This document shows positions 7,781 to 13,138 of a stretch of DNA of 13,138 bases, piece after piece. Both the position numbers and the translations under genes were made by a program. Under the pieces are notes generated by a model. That model did no database searches. It was not told where the DNA came from and worked only from the letters and a program-made list of their open reading frames with translations. The stretch is from Candidatus Nanohaloarchaea archaeon (GTDB lineage: Archaea; Nanohalarchaeota; Nanosalinia; Nanosalinales; Nanosalinaceae). Position 1 is the first letter of the stretch. Every line of letters begins with the position of its first letter. The DNA lies in the NCBI GenBank assembly GCA_042217695.1, contig JBDGSE010000022.1:1-13138 (forward strand), given 5' to 3'.

Positions 7781-9628
7781 TCAGATCTCTTTTCCGAGTA
7801 CTGGGTCGTAAACATCCTCGCCCCTGGAGTAATAGGGGTAGCGAACCCTCCGCGCATCCCCCTCGATATCGTCAGGCGACAGCTCGTACTCTATCAGAGA
7901 CTCGGCCTCCACCTTCTTCTCCTCGATGTCGACATCGAACAGCGACTCCACCGGAGAAAGTTCATCCTCTTTCAACAGTCCTTTGTCCCTCAGGGAGTCT
8001 ATCTTGGAGGCGAGCTTGGATAGCTCGAGGCCAAGTTCCTCGATCACCTGGTTCCGGTCCATCCCCTCGGAAAGCTTTGCCAGTATCTCCCGCTCCAGTT
8101 CACCGGGTTTCGAACGCTCCTCCTTCACCTCGCCGTTGACACCGTCCACCAGCACCTGTTTATCCTCCGTCTCGACAAGGTAGAGAGGATAGTATGCGGC
8201 CGAGTACTTCTCACCGAACTCGGTCTCCACCTCCTGCAGCGATTTCTGGGGCCGGAACATCTCCACCTTCTCGCTCTCCACGTAGTCATCCGCGGTCTGG
8301 GTCTCGCCGCCGTGCCGCGACTTTCTTGTCCTCACATCAGTCATCACAGGGTACTCGTTGCCGAGCACGAATGCGACGCCGGGCGGCAGCGACTTTATCA
8401 TCGATTCGACCTCAGAGGTTATGCCCTCGAAAGATTTCGATATAGCCTTCAGGTCGTTCGGATTGGTGACGCGGAGTATAAACTGTGTGTTGGCCTGGCT
8501 GAGGACATTCTTGTCGATACGTGCCGGTCTCTGCGAGATAACCCCGAGCCCCAGACCGAACTTCCTGCCCTCCGAGGCTATCTTCCGCATTATGTCGTTG
8601 CTCAGTGCCTGGCCGAAACCCTTCTCCGGCACGAAGTTGTGGGCCTCCTCAATTACCGTTATGAACGGCGGGATATCGTTTGTCTTCCTCAGGTCGAACA
8701 GTTTCTTCGCCAGCATGTAGACAGTCATCTCCGCTGCCTCGGGTTCTACCGCCCTAAGGTTTACGACGGTGGCTCTTCCCGGCTCCAGCAGGTTTTCAAG
8801 GTCGACCGGATCCTCTGAGAACAGGCCTGTATCCTCCAGCTGTTCAAGGTAGTTCAAAAGGTTCCACTTCGCGGTCGAGTCCTCGTGGGAGACGGCATCC
8901 ATCAGATCGTTCAGTGAATAGTCCTCGTCTTTTTCGTCGAGCCGTTTCATCGCGTTGTAGAGCACTCCCATCTGCGAGTTCGTCAGCGAATCCGGTATCA
9001 ACGTCTGCAGTTCCTTCTTGCTCATGTTCAGCGAGGAGAAACTCAGTGGAAGGGCCTCCGAGTTCACGTCCGTGTTCGGCGAGTACTCCCTGACCTCGTA
9101 TCCCCGGGGCTCATCCGAGTCCTCGTTTGGAAGCTTCAGGGAAGAGTATTCGCCATGCGGGTCAAGTATCAGTATCGGGTAGTCCGACTCCAGCAGCTCC
9201 TCGATGAGGACTCCAGTGAGATAGGATTTCCCGGCCCCGGTCTGTGCCAGCACCGCAAAGTGCTTGTAGAAATCGTCGGCGTTAACGTGTATATCGATAT
9301 CCGGGTTGGTCTCCAGCGTCCCTATACGGAGCCCGGAGTCCTTCAGGCCCAGAGTTTCGGAGATGAGCTCCTGATCCGCCCTGTACACGATCGAATCCGG
9401 TTCCAGAACCCGGCGGGGAGCCTTCGTAAGCCCTTTGTCCCTGTAGCCGATGATATTGGCCTTTGCCAGGGTCTCGCCGTCCGGGTGTTTCGTGACCTCC
9501 TCTACCTGAGCCAGTATCCAGTTGCCGTTGCTCTTCACTGAGACGAAGTCGAACTTCTTCACCTCTTCTACCGCACGAAAAGTAAACGAAGAAGTATCGA
9601 CCTCTCCTTCGATTGTTCCTAGCTGCAT
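7781..9628 (-). CDS. HerA/FtsK-family ATPase (HAS barrel, RecA-like core, C-terminal extension with wHTH), 615 aa
   Basis: Walker A AQTGAGKS, LDPHGEY, Walker B VIEEAHNF, SEGRKFG, SQRPA and VLSQANT motifs; start moved to ATG 9628 (MQLGTIEG) because the longer ORF overlaps the divergent gene. Confidence 0.93.
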   Translation of the reverse strand: MQLGTIEGEVDTSSFTFRAVEEVKKFDFVSVKSNGNWILAQVEEVTKHPDGETLAKANIIGYRDKGLTKAPRRVLEPDSIVYRADQELISETLGLKDSGLRIGTLETNPDIDIHVNADDFYKHFAVLAQTGAGKSYLTGVLIEELLESDYPILILDPHGEYSSLKLPNEDSDEPRGYEVREYSPNTDVNSEALPLSFSSLNMSKKELQTLIPDSLTNSQMGVLYNAMKRLDEKDEDYSLNDLMDAVSHEDSTAKWNLLNYLEQLEDTGLFSEDPVDLENLLEPGRATVVNLRAVEPEAAEMTVYMLAKKLFDLRKTNDIPPFITVIEEAHNFVPEKGFGQALSNDIMRKIASEGRKFGLGLGVISQRPARIDKNVLSQANTQFILRVTNPNDLKAISKSFEGITSEVESMIKSLPPGVAFVLGNEYPVMTDVRTRKSRHGGETQTADDYVESEKVEMFRPQKSLQEVETEFGEKYSAAYYPLYLVETEDKQVLVDGVNGEVKEERSKPGELEREILAKLSEGMDRNQVIEELGLELSKLASKIDSLRDKGLLKEDELSPVESLFDVDIEEKKVEAESLIEYELSPDDIEGDARRVRYPYYSRGEDVYDPVLGKEI

Positions 9629-9712
9629 CCTGTATAACCCTGCTCCACGAATATTGATAAAATCTCGTCCGGTACCGGGCATTTTAAGAAAATGAGTAGC
9701 GAATGGCTGAAC

Positions 9713-10144
9713 ATGGATTTCAAACTTGACGAGGACCTGAAGCACCACCTGTTCTATATAGGGGTCGCGGTGGCGATAGTGGCGGTCTTCGCCGGAGCCC
9801 ACAACCTTTTCACGCCGGATGAACCTCTCCAGGTGGGATACACGGAGATAGATACGCGGTGCGCAGGTCTGAACGTTGGAGTGTGTGTAGGCATCCAGCG
9901 CCAGACCCACGAGACATACAACTATGTGAACTATACCGAGCCCGAGAAAGGTACCGAGAACTTCTACCGCCGCGTCGAATCCGAGCTGATGATCCAGGCA
10001 TACAACATCTGTGATAGCAACACGACAGGCATGGAGTGGACCTCCGAGGCCGAGTACCTGAACAGGACCGCAGCGGAATGGATGAAGAACGAAAACGTGA
10101 CACTGCTGCCCTGCGAAGACACTTTCTACCGCGACCTAGAGTAA
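9713..10144 (+). CDS. Hypothetical membrane-anchored exported protein with 4 Cys (likely paralogue of 504-869)
   Basis: TM helix LFYIGVAVAIVAVFAGA, sequons NYT, NTT, NRT and NVT; ATG 9713 preferred over 9692 because TTTAAG (9683-9688) is 24 nt upstream. Confidence 0.82.
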   Translation: MDFKLDEDLKHHLFYIGVAVAIVAVFAGAHNLFTPDEPLQVGYTEIDTRCAGLNVGVCVGIQRQTHETYNYVNYTEPEKGTENFYRRVESELMIQAYNICDSNTTGMEWTSEAEYLNRTAAEWMKNENVTLLPCEDTFYRDLE

Positions 10145-10183
10145 ATAAATCTTGTCGGAGAAATACTCGGTAGGCGAGCACCA

Positions 10184-10669
10184 ATGTCAGAACACATCGA
10201 GAAGACCTTTGTCGCGCTGAAACCGGATACCGTAAAACGAGGGATCGTCGGAAACATAATCTCCCGCTTCGAGGACGCAGGATTCAAGATCTGCGGGATG
10301 AAGATGGTATGGGCCGACGACCAGCTTTTAGAAGAACACTACCAGGAACACGTCGACAAACCGTTCTACGACCGACTCGTGGAGTACATGAAGAAAGGTC
10401 CTGTGGTTACGATGGTGCTCGAAGGAGTCAACGCCGCCGAAAACGTCAGGAAGATAGTCGGCGACACCAACCCCCGGGAAGCGGCGCCTTCAACGCTGAG
10501 AGGACAGTACGCACACATGGGATTTGAGCACGCGGACGAATCCGAGTCGCTCCACAAGAACATAATACACGCCGCTGAACCCGGTGAACAGGAGCGCGAA
10601 ATCGAGATCTGGTTCTCCGAGGACGAGATCCACGACTACGACACCGCCCAGGAAGAATGGGTAAGATGA
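10184..10669 (+). CDS. ndk: Nucleoside-diphosphate kinase
   Basis: EKTFVALKPD, HVDKPFY, GPVVTMVLEG, RKIVGDTNP, TLRG and NIIHA (catalytic His) motifs. Confidence 0.96.
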   Translation: MSEHIEKTFVALKPDTVKRGIVGNIISRFEDAGFKICGMKMVWADDQLLEEHYQEHVDKPFYDRLVEYMKKGPVVTMVLEGVNAAENVRKIVGDTNPREAAPSTLRGQYAHMGFEHADESESLHKNIIHAAEPGEQEREIEIWFSEDEIHDYDTAQEEWVR

Positions 10670-11232
10670 GCCTGACCGCCGCGAAAGTCCTGGAACTCCG
10701 GGAAAGATATGGCTTGATAGAGAACCTGGCCGACCGGGAACTCGAAAACCCAGAGGGCGTGGGGCTCGACATCCGTTTCGGCGATGTCTATGAACTTGAA
10801 GGCTCCGGTTTCCTCCACCGCGAGGAAAGGAAGACGCCGGAAACCGAAAAGATAGTCGAGGCAGGCTCCGGTGACACACTGACCCTGGAACCCGGAGACT
10901 ACGTACTCGTGAAGACGCTGGAACGGGTGGACGTGCCCGGAGAGAAGATAGAGGTCGACGGCGAGGAAACCCATGTATGGCTGGACGTCTATCCCCGCTC
11001 CACGTTACAGCGATCCGGCATCTACTTCATGGGTACCAAGACCGATCCCGGCTACTCCGGGGAACTGGTATTCACCCTGGCCAACCTTGGACCTTCCGCC
11101 TTTGAGATACAGGAGGGCGCCCGGATAGCCAACCTGGTCTTCAAAACAGCTACAGGAGAACTGGAACGCGCCTACGAGGGCCAGTGGAACGAGGGCAGGG
11201 TTGAGACCGGCGGCACCGAGGAACAGGTCTAG
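10666..11232 (+). CDS. Trimeric dUTPase/dCTP deaminase superfamily protein, most likely a dUTPase
   Basis: GLDIR, PRSTLQRSG, DPGYSG, GARIANL and YEGQW motifs; ATG 10666 overlaps the ndk stop (ATGA). Confidence 0.88.
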   Translation: MSLTAAKVLELRERYGLIENLADRELENPEGVGLDIRFGDVYELEGSGFLHREERKTPETEKIVEAGSGDTLTLEPGDYVLVKTLERVDVPGEKIEVDGEETHVWLDVYPRSTLQRSGIYFMGTKTDPGYSGELVFTLANLGPSAFEIQEGARIANLVFKTATGELERAYEGQWNEGRVETGGTEEQV

Positions 11233-11276
11233 TAGAGAACGCAAAAATATAAATCACTCTCTGGTTTAACGCCCTT

Positions 11277-12470
11277 ATGGACGTTGATATAGCCTTTACC
11301 GAGCTCTCAGGCGATGAAGCCGGCGAAGAAATTTTCCAAGAACTCGGCAAGCGAGATCTGATTTTCCTGTTCCCCGCAACCCTTAATAACTCGGTTGAAA
11401 GTCTGGAAGCTACTGCAAAGGTCCTGAAGAAAGAGTCCGGCGCCCAGGTGGTCGGCTCCTCCGTGGGCGGATTCGCAACACCCGATACCGACGGCCTGAA
11501 CACCCGGGGCATAGCGGCGGCAGGTTTCCGCGATATAGAGTTCGAGACGGCTCGAATAGAGAACGCCTGGAACCTTGACCCGGAAGACATAGAGCTACTG
11601 AAAAGAGATGCCGGCACCACTTACACCTTTGAGTCGGGAGCAAGAGGCGCCAAGAACAGCATGATGTGGGATAAGGCCCAGGGCCTGGTAAAGAGGCTGG
11701 TCGAGGGCAAAAGCCGGGGAACCGAGACAATCCTTCTGAGACAGATAAACTACATGTTGAAACACCACAGGATGGGTTTCCCCGAGTTCTTCATAGAAAG
11801 GATTAACGAGGGAATCAAGCATGGAAACATAGTGAACTTCAACTCGGGCGACCAGGGAGACTTCCTGGAGGGATACGAGATATTCAACGGCGAGGTCACG
11901 GAGAGCCAGTCCGCCACGCTTGTCTACACCGAGCAGGATTTCAAACAGGGTGTCTTCAAGACCACCGAGGACACGCTTGAAAGCGACAGAGTTCTTGAAT
12001 CCTTCGACGAGATAACCGGGGAAGGGCGGCTCCTGTACCGGTTCAACGGGCACTCGCTCTCAGAGCTTGAAGAGGAATACCCTGTACAGGAACGGATAGG
12101 CAGGGGTGGTTTCGTGTACTACCTTATACTGGAAACTAGCGACAGCAAGTACAGCATAGCCACCAGCTCCGACCTGGGTCTTGTAGTGAACTATTTCGAC
12201 GTCGAAAGGATAGAAAAGGCTCACCTGGTGAGGGCTCCAGGATTCCAGGAGTACATGAGCACCTACCGGGAAAAAGTCAGGGAACTTGAAGGACTCAACC
12301 ACATAAGCCTGACACCTCCACAGATGGACTTCTTCGAGGGAAACATAAACCAGGTGGTAGAAGCCACGCAGGAAGAACTCGACGAGTTCCTGCTGACCGT
12401 GGACAACGGGGTAAGAGACTACAAGTACCCGGATTACACCTTTCCTGGCTACGTCCAGTACCAGGACTGA
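11277..12470 (+). CDS. Divergent stand-alone FIST-domain protein
   Basis: DLIFLF, AQVVGSSVGGF, NSGDQGDF and GRLLYRFNG resemble FIST N/C motifs; TATAAA (11248-11253) 23 nt upstream. Confidence 0.7.
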   Translation: MDVDIAFTELSGDEAGEEIFQELGKRDLIFLFPATLNNSVESLEATAKVLKKESGAQVVGSSVGGFATPDTDGLNTRGIAAAGFRDIEFETARIENAWNLDPEDIELLKRDAGTTYTFESGARGAKNSMMWDKAQGLVKRLVEGKSRGTETILLRQINYMLKHHRMGFPEFFIERINEGIKHGNIVNFNSGDQGDFLEGYEIFNGEVTESQSATLVYTEQDFKQGVFKTTEDTLESDRVLESFDEITGEGRLLYRFNGHSLSELEEEYPVQERIGRGGFVYYLILETSDSKYSIATSSDLGLVVNYFDVERIEKAHLVRAPGFQEYMSTYREKVRELEGLNHISLTPPQMDFFEGNINQVVEATQEELDEFLLTVDNGVRDYKYPDYTFPGYVQYQD

Positions 12471-12509
12471 CGCCAGAAGCTTTAGAAGTTTCCCCGCCAA
12501 AACTTCTGT

Positions 12510-12752
12510 ATGGCAGACAGACTTTACCGCTCCGAATCCGACAGGATACTCGGAGGCGTGTGCGGAGGTATCGCCGAGGTCTACGATCTGGATCCGACAG
12601 TGGTCCGACTGGTGACCCTGCTTCTGGTACTGGGTGCCGGCTCCGGACTGCTGGTCTACCTGATAGCCTGGCTCATAATACCGACCGAGAGCGAGGTACG
12701 CGAGGACAGCGAGGTAGACCTTACCGAGGAATCCGAAGAAGACGAAGAATAA
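12510..12752 (+). CDS. pspC: PspC-domain membrane protein
   Basis: RLYRSESDRILGGVCGGIAE...DPTVVRL...YLIAWLIIP signature, acidic tail. Confidence 0.95.
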   Translation: MADRLYRSESDRILGGVCGGIAEVYDLDPTVVRLVTLLLVLGAGSGLLVYLIAWLIIPTESEVREDSEVDLTEESEEDEE

Positions 12753-12843
12753 AAGGCGTCAGCACGAAACTTCTGAAAGTTTCACCATCAGAGCCCGTTC
12801 AGAGAACGGACTTCAAAAACAGAAGTAAAAAAGGCGTCAGCAC
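12751..12843. repeat. Perfect 15-nt direct repeat (box D, terminal stem and T-run on the minus strand)
   Basis: aaaaggcgtcagcac at 12751-12765 and 12829-12843, period 78. Confidence 0.9.
12827..12832 (-). terminator. Oligo-T terminator candidate after the sRNA and pheT
   Basis: TTTTTT on the minus strand immediately after the sRNA terminal stem. Confidence 0.5.
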
Positions 12844-12897
12844 TCAAATTTCAAACCCTATGGACGGGTTTGCGTCCCGCAGGGCTCATCATCCGCC
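12833..12897 (-). ncRNA. Box C/D sRNA (2'-O-methylation guide candidate), about 65 nt
   Basis: GGCG G AUGAUGA ... GUG CUGA CGCC: exact box C (12892-12886), box D (12840-12837), terminal GGCG/CGCC stem giving a canonical K-turn, followed by a T-run. Confidence 0.75.
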
Positions 12898-13138
12898 TAT
12901 CTACTTTTCTGGAACTTTTCCTTTAATTTTTCCACGTCGAGCTCGAACCCGGCGGCGGGATGCGGAAGCTCCCAGTTCTCCCGGACTGATTCCGAGAACT
13001 CGCCGATTATACCGATCTTTTCCCCGTCGAGAAGAACTTCTGCGGCCCGCCGGGAGTCGAAGCAACCCTTGTCGCCTTCACGTACCTCGAACTCCAGGCC
13101 CAGGTCGCGCTCAAGCACCTGTAAAACACCGCGGACAT
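12897..13138 (-). CDS. pheT: Phenylalanine--tRNA ligase beta subunit, 3' end only (5' part outside the window)
   Basis: Frame is open to the window edge; CFDSRRAAEVLLDGEKIGIIGEF...VRENWELPHPAAGFELDV matches the archaeal PheRS-beta C-terminus. Confidence 0.85.
   Translation of the reverse strand, partial: VRGVLQVLERDLGLEFEVREGDKGCFDSRRAAEVLLDGEKIGIIGEFSESVRENWELPHPAAGFELDVEKLKEKFQKSR

Noticed and set aside
7489..7857. ORFs 7489-7857(-) and 7517-7714(+)
   Set aside because: Both run through the tRNA-Val gene and show no protein-like features
7781..9628. HerA as part of an anti-phage system (Sir2-HerA or nuclease-HerA)
   Set aside because: No effector gene is adjacent and the context is housekeeping
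9629..9910. 94-aa N-terminal extension of the HerA ORF (709-aa call)
   Set aside because: It overlaps the divergent gene 9713-10144 and its promoter, has non-host composition, and the HAS-barrel-like sequence starts at MQLGTIEG (9628)
12467..12474. Third CTGACGCC on the + strand at the FIST stop codon
   Set aside because: Only 8 nt, opposite orientation, no box C upstream; compatible with chance
12751..12843. Mini-CRISPR interpretation of the 15-nt repeats
   Set aside because: Only two units, repeat too short, spacer 63 nt, no cas genes; box D explains the repeat better
12751..12897. Fluoride riboswitch-like ending (GCUGACGCCU)
   Set aside because: It lacks the GCUGAUGAC core and the pseudoknot partner, and lies 3' of genes rather than in a leader

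Overview
Compact, gene-dense archaeal chromosome segment. The strongly acidic proteins, very short intergenic gaps and TATA boxes 22-24 nt before start codons suggest a halophilic DPANN archaeon, probably Nanohaloarchaeota (inference). Recognisable genes: truD, pth2, ndk, a dUTPase-like gene, pspC, the 3' end of pheT, an orphan HerA-family ATPase with a C-terminal extension, a divergent FIST protein, a membrane-anchored wHTH regulator, and a surface-glycan operon (processive GT2, GT-C transferase, CxxC thioredoxin-like protein, small exported protein). Non-coding features absent from the ORF track: tRNA-Val(TAC) with a 55-nt BHB intron, a box C/D sRNA directly behind pheT, and an orphan promoter in front of a structured RNA-like segment that converges on the tRNA. 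Both RNA genes have a 15-nt copy of their own 3' end 57-78 nt downstream. Two distant hypothetical genes (504-869 and 9713-10144) appear to be paralogues in a family of Cys-containing membrane-anchored surface proteins that I cannot name. No CRISPR array, transposase or integrase was seen.
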